From Dehalococcoidia bacterium (GTDB lineage Bacteria; Chloroflexota; Dehalococcoidia; UBA2979), in NCBI GenBank assembly GCA_040902395.1, contig JBBDXH010000084.1, positions 1-33,970 on the forward strand: a DNA stretch of 33,970 nt, given 5' to 3'. How positions within the stretch are numbered: position 1 is the first letter of the stretch; every line of letters starts with the position of its first letter. The translations under genes were made by a program, and so were the position numbers. Under the pieces are notes generated by a model. It saw only the letters and a list, made by a program, of their open reading frames with translations, was not told the DNA's origin and did no database searches. This document shows positions 6,069 through 14,326 of this stretch, piece after piece.

Positions 6069-7912
6069 GATCGCTGCTCTCCGGCACCGCCGTGGCGCAC
6101 CAGCGCGAGGAACGCGCCTTCGATATCCCGGGCGCCCGTGCGCGCGAGCAGGCCGGCGGGCGTGTCCTGCGCAAGCACGGCGCCGTCGCGCATCAGCAGC
6201 ACCTCGTCGCAGCGCTCGGCTTCGTCCATGACATGCGTGGAGACGAGCAGCGTGGCCCCGCGCGCGGCGAGCGCGTGAAAGGTCGACCACAGCTCCTCGC
6301 GCAGCAACGGGTCGAGGCCGACCGTTGGCTCGTCGAGCACGAGCAACTCGGGATCGCCGAGCAGCACGGTCGCGAGCGAGACGCGCGCGAGCTGCCCGCC
6401 GGACAGGCGGCCGGTGATGCGCAACGCTTCGCCGCTGAGCCCGACCGCGTCGAGCGTCGCGTCGATCGCGTCGCGCCCGACGCCGAGCACGTGCGCGAAG
6501 TAGTCGAGGTTCTCGCGCACCGTGAGGTCGCGGTAGACCGACGGCGCCTGCGTGAGGTAGCCGACGCGGCGGCGCAGCGGCGCCGCGCCGGCGGGCAAGC
6601 CGAGCACGTCGACCGTGCCGGCGGCCACGGTCTGCACGCCGACGATCGCACGCATGAGCGTCGTCTTGCCGCATCCGCTCGGCCCGAGCAGCCCGGTGAC
6701 CCGCCCATGCGGGATGCGCAGCGAGAGGTCGCGCAGCACGACGTGGCCGCCCCGCACCACGCGCAGCGCGCGCACGTCAACCGCGGCGGCGGGCTCAACC
6801 TCGCCGGGCGGGCGGGCGCCCGGCGCGGCGGCGCCGCGCCGGCCGGCCGCCGCGGGCCGGGGGAGAGACCCCGCGTCGGGCGACGCGGGGCGGGAGAGCT
6901 GTCCGTCCTCGTCGACCGGATGGCCGTCATCGTCGCCTGCGAGCACGAGCCCGCGCGCGAACGACCACAGCGATCGTCGCCAATCGCCCACGTCTTCGCC
7001 ATTCGCGCGCCCCTGGCGGCCCTGGTCGCGCAGCACGTACGGCACCTCCGACGCGATCTCCGCGCCGAAGAGCGTGATGTTCGCCGTGAGGTATACCCAG
7101 AACATCAGCACGATCACGCTCGAGAGCGGGCCGTAGACGAGATCGAAGGCGGCGACGTTCGCCAGGTAGAAGGCGAAGCCCACCTTCAGGCCTTCGAACA
7201 GCAGGGCGGCGATCAGCGCACCCGGCCACGCATCGCGCACGCGGACCTCGCGGTTCGGGATCTGCCAGTAGAGCAGCAGGAAGGCAGCGAACGAGAGGGC
7301 CAGCGGGATCAGGAACGCGCCCAGCTCCCACAACCAGGACGTCCGCGCGAGGACGACGGGCAGCTCCTCGACGCGTAGCTGGGCGAGCCGCCACGCCGTG
7401 GTGAGCACGAGGCCACCGACGAACGGCAGCCCGATAATCGGGAGCAGCACGTAATCGAGCAGCTTGCCGCGGAGCATCGGACGGCCGCGTTGCGATTTGA
7501 AGATCACGTTCAGCGCCGAGCGGATCGCAGCGGCGAGCGCGCCGGCCGTCCACAACGCACCCACCAGCGACACGACCGATAGCGTCGGCCCCAGCGTCGC
7601 CGCGTTCGCGAGCGCCTCGCGCACGGTGTCGGTGTTGTCCGGGTTCAGTGGGAGCTGCGTGAAGAGCTGCTGGAGCACGCGCTCGCGCACGGAGCTCGAG
7701 CGCAGCACGATGCCGAAGACGGAGGCGGCGAGCAGCGTCACGGGGAAAAGGGCGAAGAGCCCGTAGTACGAGATCGCCGCGGAGAGGTGCGTCCCGTGGT
7801 CCTCGACGAAGCTCACCGTCGCGCGACCGAGGATGCGCAGTGCGACGCGGTGGGGCGCCCGCCACACGCGCACCGGGGTCGCGCTTGCGGTGTCCGCGCG
7901 CACGGGTGTCAC
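6065..7912 (-). CDS. YihY/BrkB-family membrane domain fused in frame to an ABC transporter ATP-binding domain, 615 aa
   Basis: GTG start at 7912. Residues about 25-295 carry the motifs AISYYGLFALFPV...ITLFGAEIASE (YihY/BrkB). Residues about 380-615 carry Walker A GPSGCGKT (6662-6685), LSGGQ, Walker B LLVLDEPT and the H-loop STH. No stop codon lies between the two domains, and the linker keeps the G/C third-position bias. Confidence 0.75.
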   Translation of the reverse strand: MTPVRADTASATPVRVWRAPHRVALRILGRATVSFVEDHGTHLSAAISYYGLFALFPVTLLAASVFGIVLRSSSVRERVLQQLFTQLPLNPDNTDTVREALANAATLGPTLSVVSLVGALWTAGALAAAIRSALNVIFKSQRGRPMLRGKLLDYVLLPIIGLPFVGGLVLTTAWRLAQLRVEELPVVLARTSWLWELGAFLIPLALSFAAFLLLYWQIPNREVRVRDAWPGALIAALLFEGLKVGFAFYLANVAAFDLVYGPLSSVIVLMFWVYLTANITLFGAEIASEVPYVLRDQGRQGRANGEDVGDWRRSLWSFARGLVLAGDDDGHPVDEDGQLSRPASPDAGSLPRPAAAGRRGAAAPGARPPGEVEPAAAVDVRALRVVRGGHVVLRDLSLRIPHGRVTGLLGPSGCGKTTLMRAIVGVQTVAAGTVDVLGLPAGAAPLRRRVGYLTQAPSVYRDLTVRENLDYFAHVLGVGRDAIDATLDAVGLSGEALRITGRLSGGQLARVSLATVLLGDPELLVLDEPTVGLDPLLREELWSTFHALAARGATLLVSTHVMDEAERCDEVLLMRDGAVLAQDTPAGLLARTGARDIEGAFLALVRHGGAGEQRS

Positions 7913-8004
7913 GCTGCAGTCCTCGTGATCTCGCTCGTCTCGATCGTCCGGCCCCGAACACCGATGCTAAGGGGCCTCAGGCTACGGGGCACCGGTGGAG
8001 AGCG

Positions 8005-9162
8005 ATGACCGGCGAGCGACTCAGACCCCAGCACATCCAGCATCGACGCGTGGTCGTGAAGGTCGGATCGAACGTCCTGACCGCCGGCAGCGACCGGCTG
8101 GACACGCGCACGATGGCCGGCCTGGTCGATCAGATCGCGGCGCTGATTGAGCGCGGCGGGGAAGTGGTGCTCGTCAGCTCGGGCGCGATCGCGGCGGGGC
8201 GCCAGCGCGTGGGGACACCCGCGGCGAACAGCGCGCTGAAGGCGCGCGGGGTGCACAGCCGCCAGGTGCTGGCCGCGATCGGGCAGAGCCGCCTGATGGC
8301 GCTGTGGGACACGATGTTCGACCAGGCACAGATCGTGATCGCGCAGGCGCTGCTGACGCGTGCCGACATCGCCGACCGGCTGCGCTACCTCAACGCGCGC
8401 AACACGCTCATGGGCCTGATCGAGATCGGCGTCGTGCCGATCGTGAACGAGAACGACGTCGTCTCCGTGGAGGAGCTGTCCACGTCCACGATCGGCGACA
8501 ACGACAACCTCTCGGCGCAGGTCGCCAACCTGATCGACGCCGACCTGCTGCTGATCCTGACCGACATCGACGGGCTGTACACGGCCGACCCCGCGCGTGA
8601 CCCGCACGCGCGCCTGATCGAACGCGTCGAGCGCGTGGATGCCGCGATCGAGCGCGCCGCGCGCGGCGCGCCGGGTGCGCGGGGCACCGGCGGCATGCTG
8701 ACCAAGGTGCAGGCCGCGCGCATCGCCACGCAGTCCGGGACGCACGTCGTGCTCGCGCGCGGCGCCGCGGAGGACGTCGTGCTGCGCGCGGCCGCAGGCG
8801 AGCCCGTGGGCACGCACTTCCTGCCGACCGGCGATCGCCTGGAGAGCCGGCTGCGTTACCTGCTCTCCGGACTCCAGATGCGGGGCCGCATCGAAGTGGA
8901 CGCGGGCGCCGCGCGTGCGCTGATGCAGGGCGGGAAGTCGCTGCTCCCGGCGGGCGTGACCGGGAGCACGGGCGAGTACCGGCGCGGTGACGTCGTACAG
9001 GTCGTCACCGCCGATGGGCAGGCCCTCGCGCGCGGCACGGTGAATTACGCGTCCGGCGAGGTGGCCCGCATCCTGGGCAAGCACTCCGATCAGATCGTCG
9101 GGATACTCGGCTACGAGTACGGGGAAGAGATCGTGCACCGCAACAACCTGGTGATCGTCTAG
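8005..9162 (+). CDS. proB: Glutamate 5-kinase with C-terminal PUA domain, 385 aa
   Basis: ATG at 8005 with GGTGGAGAG just upstream. Motifs: VVKVGSNVLT, VLVSSGAIAAG, NENDVVS, DNDNLSAQVA, and a PUA-like C-terminus (GRIEVDAGAARAL...RGDVV). Confidence 0.93.
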   Translation: MTGERLRPQHIQHRRVVVKVGSNVLTAGSDRLDTRTMAGLVDQIAALIERGGEVVLVSSGAIAAGRQRVGTPAANSALKARGVHSRQVLAAIGQSRLMALWDTMFDQAQIVIAQALLTRADIADRLRYLNARNTLMGLIEIGVVPIVNENDVVSVEELSTSTIGDNDNLSAQVANLIDADLLLILTDIDGLYTADPARDPHARLIERVERVDAAIERAARGAPGARGTGGMLTKVQAARIATQSGTHVVLARGAAEDVVLRAAAGEPVGTHFLPTGDRLESRLRYLLSGLQMRGRIEVDAGAARALMQGGKSLLPAGVTGSTGEYRRGDVVQVVTADGQALARGTVNYASGEVARILGKHSDQIVGILGYEYGEEIVHRNNLVIV

Positions 9163-10019
9163 TGGCCGCGCTGCCGCCGCACGCGCTGCGGCCGTCCGCG
9201 AGCGAGGCGCTCGCGGCGTGGCGCGCGCTGATCCTCGCGAACCGGGAACAGATCGAGCGCCTGCGCGAGGACGAGCGCCGCGCCGACTTCTACGCGCGAC
9301 GCGCCGTGCAGTTCCGCCCGGGCGCGCTCGAGTCGGCGGAGACCGCGCACATCGCGTCGCTCGCTCGCCCGGGCGACCGACTGCTGGACGTCGGCGCAGG
9401 CGGCGGCCGTTTCGCCGTGCCGCTGGCGGCGAGCTTCGAGGCGGTCGCAGCGGTCGAGCCCTCGCCGGCGATGCGCGAGATGCTCGCCGCAGCAGCCGCG
9501 GAGCACGGCGTGGCGAACATCACGGTCCACGACCACGTATGGCCGGCGCCGGCCGGCGTAGCGCCGCCGAGCGGCGACGTCAGCCTCGTCGCGCATGTGC
9601 TCTACGACATCGACGAGCTCGGCGCGTTCCTGGACGCGCTCGAGGCGCAGACGCGGCGGACGTGCGCGGTGATCTTCGGCAACCGCGCCCCGAGCACCGC
9701 CTTCGAGCCCGTCTGGAGCGCACTGCACGGCGAGCCGCTGCACGCGCTGCCGGCGCTGCGCGAGTTCCTCGCGGTGCTTGCGGCGCGCGGCCGGCGCTTT
9801 GACGTGCGCACCTTCGACACGCGCGGGGACGGCGCGCCGCTCCCCGCCGACGAGGCGCACGCACTGGCGCGCCGGCTGTACTGGGTGGCGGAGGGTTCGC
9901 CGAAGGACGTGCAGCTGGGCGAGCAGCTACGCACGCACTTCGCCGCGGGTGACGGCATGGTCGCGCTGCCGCGGCGCCTCGGCTTCACCGCCGTGGTGAC
10001 GTGGACGGCGAGCGCCTAG
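9162..10019 (+). CDS. Class I SAM-dependent methyltransferase, 285 aa
   Basis: The GTG start overlaps the proB TAG by 1 nt. Motif I LLDVGAGGGRFAVPLA is present. Third-position G/C bias is good. Confidence 0.8.
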   Translation: MAALPPHALRPSASEALAAWRALILANREQIERLREDERRADFYARRAVQFRPGALESAETAHIASLARPGDRLLDVGAGGGRFAVPLAASFEAVAAVEPSPAMREMLAAAAAEHGVANITVHDHVWPAPAGVAPPSGDVSLVAHVLYDIDELGAFLDALEAQTRRTCAVIFGNRAPSTAFEPVWSALHGEPLHALPALREFLAVLAARGRRFDVRTFDTRGDGAPLPADEAHALARRLYWVAEGSPKDVQLGEQLRTHFAAGDGMVALPRRLGFTAVVTWTASA

Positions 10020-10077
10020 CCGCCGGCTCTCGCCGCGCACCGGCCCGAAGCGGACGGCGGCGCGAGCGGCCGCCGCC

Positions 10078-11604
10078 CTATGGCCAGCGGTAGTTTTCAA
10101 ACGCCCAGTCCAACAGCCCCTGCGCGTCGGGGAAGCGATCCGCATCGTTCAGCAGCACCGCGATCAGACGATGACCGTCGCGGGTCGCCGACACCGCGAG
10201 CGTGCGCCCGGCCTCCTCGGTGAAGCCCGTCTTCAGGCCATCCGCACCCGGGTAACTGGTCAGGAACTTGTTCAGCGTGCGCAGTGCCAGCGGGCGCGAG
10301 CCCTGCGCCGTCCAGGACTTCGCGGAGACGACCTCCCCGAACAACGGCAACGTCATGCCGTAGCGCGCGATCATCGCGAGGTCATAGGCGGACGAGTAGT
10401 GTCCCTGCCCGCCCAGGCCGTGCGGGTCGATGAAGGCGGTGTCCTGCAGACCGAGCCGTGCGGCGAGCATGTTCATCCCGCGCACGAAGTCGTCGTCGCG
10501 TCCGGCGACGTAACGAGCGATCGCCAGTCCGGCATCGTTCCCCGACGGCAGCATGAGCCCGTAGATCAGGTCCCGGAGCGAGAAGCAGTCGCCGGGTCTC
10601 AGGCCCATGACGCTGCTGCCGGGCATCGCCCGGTAGTCCACGCTGTCGTTGACCACCCACTGACCGATGTCGGCGCCCTCGATCGCGACGACGGCGGTCG
10701 CCATCTTCGTGAGGCTCGCGGGCGCGAGTCGCAGGTGTGCGTCGTGTTCGTAGAGCACGGCGCCCGAGGCGGCGTCGATCACGACCCCGGACAGCCCGGC
10801 GATCTTCGGCGCGGGTGCGCCGCCCAGGAGCGTGGGCGCGCCCGCAGACGAGAGCACGATCGGCACGGTCGCCTGCGTCGGCTCGCCGCAGACCACGAAC
10901 AGGATCGTGCCGGGCGGGATGCCGCCGCCGTACTGCGCCTGCCAGTCTCGGTTCACCCAGGACGGCACGCGCGTGAGGTAACCAACCAGCGCGCCGGTGG
11001 CTTCGCGCTGCGCCCAGATCGAGTTCGCGTGGCAGCCGCGCAGCAGCGCCTGCGTCACCACGCCGTTCGTCGTGCCGCCTCCCCAGAGCACCGCACCGAC
11101 GCCGGTCGCCGGGAGTTCGCCGCTGATGCCGGGACGGACCGCGGCGGTCGCGGCGTTCGGCGCCCCGCACGCCGCGCGCTCGCCCTCGGCGATCAGGAAC
11201 TCGTCGGCGACCCAGCCGAGCAGGCTGCCCGCGAGCACGAACTGCCAGCGGTAGTTGTCGTCGGCCTCTACGGACGGCATGACGAGCACCGACGTGCCTT
11301 CGGCGAGGCAGGTGAGGACGGTCGCGTTCGTGCCCGCTCCATCGCGAAGGCGGAGGCACGATCCGTCGGCCTGGACGATCGCGCGGGTCCCCGGCGTCAA
11401 CGGTTGATCGCGGAGCGCGAGCACCCCGGTGATCACGATCGGCGCCGGCGCTGCGTCCGCGGCAGCGACCGGCGGCTGGGGGCGAGGCGACGGCGGCGCG
11501 CCCGCGGCGGACGCGGGCGCGGTATTGAGCAGCGCCAGGGCGAGCAGGAATACGAACAGCGGCGGCAAGGCGCGGAGGGCACGGCGGGGCATCATTCGGC
11601 ACAT
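10078..11604 (-). CDS. D-alanyl-D-alanine carboxypeptidase (peptidase S11 / PBP5-like) with a long N-terminal extension, 508 aa
   Basis: Signal peptide MCRMMPRRALRALPPLFVFLLALALLNTAPASA. SxxK motif ASLTK, SxN motif PSGND and KTG motif LKTGFT lie in the C-terminal approx. 240 aa. Confidence 0.88.
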   Translation of the reverse strand: MCRMMPRRALRALPPLFVFLLALALLNTAPASAAGAPPSPRPQPPVAAADAAPAPIVITGVLALRDQPLTPGTRAIVQADGSCLRLRDGAGTNATVLTCLAEGTSVLVMPSVEADDNYRWQFVLAGSLLGWVADEFLIAEGERAACGAPNAATAAVRPGISGELPATGVGAVLWGGGTTNGVVTQALLRGCHANSIWAQREATGALVGYLTRVPSWVNRDWQAQYGGGIPPGTILFVVCGEPTQATVPIVLSSAGAPTLLGGAPAPKIAGLSGVVIDAASGAVLYEHDAHLRLAPASLTKMATAVVAIEGADIGQWVVNDSVDYRAMPGSSVMGLRPGDCFSLRDLIYGLMLPSGNDAGLAIARYVAGRDDDFVRGMNMLAARLGLQDTAFIDPHGLGGQGHYSSAYDLAMIARYGMTLPLFGEVVSAKSWTAQGSRPLALRTLNKFLTSYPGADGLKTGFTEEAGRTLAVSATRDGHRLIAVLLNDADRFPDAQGLLDWAFENYRWP

Positions 11605-11772
11605 CCCGGTTCACCCCGCCAACCGATCGGGCCCGATGCTAGGTGCCGCGCCCGGCTCCCACAACCCTGCGTTCCGGGCAACCGGGGCGCCGTCGATCCG
11701 CGCACGGTTTGCCACCGGGCCCGGCGCGCCGGGATGATGGAGGTCCCACCCCCGGCGGGCGAGGAGCGAACG

Positions 11773-12387
11773 ATGGCTCAGCAGGGAAGACGACGACCAA
11801 ACACGGAGACCGCGCCGCCGGTCGCGTCCGCACGCCCCACGCGACGGTCGGGCTGGCGCGCCACCGTCGAGTCGTGGGGCGGCTTCACCGTGATCGGCGT
11901 GATCGTTGCGGCAGTCGTGATCATGGGCGCCGTGGTCTGGGTGAGCCTGCCGGACTCGACCTCGAGCGACGCACTGCTCGGCGAAGCGATCCCGATCGGC
12001 CCGGCGACGCACATCAACTCGCTCGAGCAGATGGAGATCGTCGCCGGGCGTCCGCCCGTGGGCGGACCGCACTTCCCGCGCTGGCAGGCGGCCGGCGTCT
12101 ACGAGGAACCCGTCTCCGACGGCCTCGCCGTGCACGCGCTCGAGCACGGAGTGATCTGGCTCAGCTACAACCCGTCGCTCGTCACGGACGACGACCTCGG
12201 GACGCTGCGCGCCGTCGCCGACGACTTCAGCCGTGACGTCATCCTGTCGCCGCGCCCGGGGAACTCGATGGCGGTCGCCGCGGCGTCCTGGGGACAGCTG
12301 CTCTCGCTCGAGCGGGCGGACAACGGCGAGCTCCGGCGCTTCGTGGAGACGAACCGCAACCGCTCCCCCGAGCCCGGCGTGCGCTGA
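11773..12387 (+). CDS. DUF3105-like membrane-anchored protein, 204 aa
   Basis: ATG at 11773 with GAGGAG at 11761-11766. Basic N-terminus, one TM segment, then HALEHGVIWLSYNP and AAASWGQ motifs. Only the last 204 codons of track ORF 10171..12387 are credible. Confidence 0.75.
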   Translation: MAQQGRRRPNTETAPPVASARPTRRSGWRATVESWGGFTVIGVIVAAVVIMGAVVWVSLPDSTSSDALLGEAIPIGPATHINSLEQMEIVAGRPPVGGPHFPRWQAAGVYEEPVSDGLAVHALEHGVIWLSYNPSLVTDDDLGTLRAVADDFSRDVILSPRPGNSMAVAAASWGQLLSLERADNGELRRFVETNRNRSPEPGVR

Positions 12388-12501
12388 CACGGCCTCGGAT
12401 CGGCAGGACGAACGTCCGTTGTTCGCCGCAGCCGCTCATTCGATCATCGATGCAGTGCAGGTGCGTGCGCACGCTCCGGGCCGCAGGAGAGGACCGACTT
12501 C

Positions 12502-13308
12502 GTGAGTGGAAACCGACGACGCGGCAGCCGGCGGCGCGAGCGAGCGGAGCGGCCTGCCGGGGAGACGCGAGCGGCCGGCGGTGGCGCGGGACGAGCGAAC
12601 GCGCGCCCCGGCTGGCGACGCACGCTCGACTCATGGGGCGGCTTCTCGGTCGTGGGGTCGATCCTCGGCGCGGTCGCCGTGGTCGTGGTGCTCGTGGTGC
12701 TCAACCGGCCCGGCTCGAGCGTGAGCGACGACCCGTACGTGCCCATCGCCCGCGCGGCGGTCGACGGCAAGAGCTGGGGCAGCGCAAGCGCGCCCGTCAA
12801 GGTCATCGAGTTCGCCGACTTCCAGTGCCCGTTCTGCCGAGCGTTCTCGCACGATGTCGAGCCGCTGCTCGCACAGGAGTTCATCGACGCCGGCACGGTG
12901 CAGTTGACCTACCACCACCTCGCGTTTCTCGGCCCGGAGTCCGGCCGCGCCGGGGAAGCGGCGGAGTGCGCGGCCGACCAGGGGCGCTTCTGGGACTATC
13001 ACGATCTGCTCTTCCTGCGGCAGGGCCGGGAGAACAGCGGCGCGTTCTCCAACGGCAACCTGAAGGACTTTGCCCGGGAACTGCGGGACGCATACGCGGA
13101 CTTCGACGTGGACACCTTCAATCGCTGTCTCGACTCCGGCGGCAAGCGCGCAGTGGTCGATGCCGCCACGCAGGAGGCGGCGAGCGCGGGGATCGCGCAG
13201 ACGCCGTCTTTCCTGATCAACGGGAAGTTGCTGACGGCGAGCCAGAGCATCGAGGTCTTCCGCCAGGCGATCCAGCAGGCGCTGGCGGCGTCGGGGGCGG
13301 GGAGCTAG
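12502..13308 (+). CDS. DsbA-family thiol:disulfide oxidoreductase, membrane-anchored, 268 aa
   Basis: GTG start with AGGAGAGG upstream. One TM segment. Active site CPFC at 12826-12837 in EFADFQCPFCRAF, with QTPSFLINGK near the C-terminus. Confidence 0.88.
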   Translation: MSGNRRRGSRRRERAERPAGETRAAGGGAGRANARPGWRRTLDSWGGFSVVGSILGAVAVVVVLVVLNRPGSSVSDDPYVPIARAAVDGKSWGSASAPVKVIEFADFQCPFCRAFSHDVEPLLAQEFIDAGTVQLTYHHLAFLGPESGRAGEAAECAADQGRFWDYHDLLFLRQGRENSGAFSNGNLKDFARELRDAYADFDVDTFNRCLDSGGKRAVVDAATQEAASAGIAQTPSFLINGKLLTASQSIEVFRQAIQQALAASGAGS

Positions 13309-13314
13309 CGGGGC

Positions 13315-13770
13315 GTGCGGTCGCGGCGCGTCGACGCGTTGACTGCGCTTTCGGCCGTGGGCGTCGCGATCGCGGCCTACCTCACGTTCGTGGCGTTCGA
13401 CGCGAACGCGGAGGCGTTCTGCACCGGCGTCGGCGACTGCCGGCGGGTGCAGGACTCGCAGTACGCCCGCGTCGCCGGGGTCCCGGTGGCGGCGCTCGGC
13501 CTGGCGATGTACATCGCGCTGCTCGGCCTCGGCCTCGCGCGTCGCGCGGGGCTGACGGTGCTGGGGCCGGGCACGCCCCGCCTGCTGGGCACATGGACGT
13601 TCGCGCTCGCCTTCGCCGGCGCGCTGTATTCGGGGTACCTCACGTACCTCGAGTTCTTCGTGATCGACGCGATCTGCGATTGGTGCGTGACCTCGGCTGC
13701 GATCGTGACGACGATCGCGGTACTCGCATGGCCCGATCTGCGGCACCCCACAAGCGATGCCCCGCCCTGA
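13315..13770 (+). CDS. Vitamin K epoxide reductase (VKOR) family protein, 151 aa
   Basis: Four hydrophobic segments. Loop cysteines in FCTGVGDC, and CDWC (13675-13686) at the start of the last TM segment. The gene begins 6 nt after the DsbA gene. Confidence 0.85.
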   Translation: MRSRRVDALTALSAVGVAIAAYLTFVAFDANAEAFCTGVGDCRRVQDSQYARVAGVPVAALGLAMYIALLGLGLARRAGLTVLGPGTPRLLGTWTFALAFAGALYSGYLTYLEFFVIDAICDWCVTSAAIVTTIAVLAWPDLRHPTSDAPP

Positions 13771-13833
13771 TCACCATTGGCCCGCGAGCGGCGGCGCTCC
13801 TATCATGCGCCCAGTCTGAGCGGAGGACCGCAG

Positions 13834-14172
13834 ATGGTGCAGGCGAACCCCGAGCCGTCCGTCGACGAGCGATCGCAGACGCTGATCGCGACCTATGACG
13901 ACTTCGAGTTGCTCGGGACGGGCGACGTCGACGCCTTCGTGCTCGACCTGAACGAGCGGCCCGGCACGCCGCCGTTCTTCGTCCATGTCGACGGTCGCCG
14001 CTTCGTGCTTCAACGCGACACGTTCCTGGTCCGCGGCCACGGCGCCACGATGCCGCAGTGGATCCGCGAGCAGGAATCCGACGGGCGGCTCGTGCTGCTC
14101 GCCGAACGCGACGGCCGCTACATCGTCTACGTCTTCGACCCGGACGCCACGGACGACGAGGGCGACGAGTAG
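13834..14172 (+). CDS. Hypothetical acidic protein, 112 aa
   Basis: ATG at 13834 preceded by GGAGGA (13822-13827). Third-position G/C bias is good. Followed by a strong terminator. No motif recognised. Confidence 0.6.
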   Translation: MVQANPEPSVDERSQTLIATYDDFELLGTGDVDAFVLDLNERPGTPPFFVHVDGRRFVLQRDTFLVRGHGATMPQWIREQESDGRLVLLAERDGRYIVYVFDPDATDDEGDE

Positions 14173-14199
14173 GCGCCGCGTGCCTGCCGGCGCGCCGTC

Positions 14200-14227
14200 A
14201 ACGCCCCGCCGTGCGGGGCGTTTTCAC
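14200..14227 (+). terminator. Intrinsic terminator
   Basis: AACGCCCCGC-CGT-GCGGGGCGTT stem at 14200-14222, followed by TTCAC, so the 3' side reads GCGGGGCGTTTTCAC. Confidence 0.7.
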
Positions 14228-14326
14228 GCCCGCTTGTGTCTGCGTGCGCACGCACACGCGCCGTCCACGGATCGTGTATCACTGGGCGACGCTCGGGCGG
14301 AGGCGCGTGCGGGACAGGCGGACCGA

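Noticed and set aside
6069-6674. N-terminal 202-codon extension of the ABC-2 permease ORF (track ORF 5331..6674)
   Set aside because: The extension is Arg-rich nonsense lying antisense or out of frame within the ATPase domain. GTG 6068, which overlaps the upstream stop, gives a normal-length permease.
6773-6775. In-frame GTG (Val380) as an independent start for a separate ABC ATPase gene
   Set aside because: This is not excluded, but there is no stop codon upstream in frame, no convincing RBS at the proper distance, and the linker shows coding-like third-position bias. I kept the single fused CDS and flagged the alternative.
10171-11772. Upstream 534 codons of the 738-aa + strand ORF 10171..12387
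   Set aside because: This part is antisense to the well-supported DD-carboxypeptidase and is low-complexity. Only the portion from ATG 11773, which has a GAGGAG RBS, looks like a real protein.
12450-13898. 482-aa + strand ORF spanning the dsbA and VKOR genes in another frame; also 12631..13746 on the minus strand
   Set aside because: These are shadow frames. The DsbA (CPFC) and VKOR (CDWC) frames carry the real motifs.
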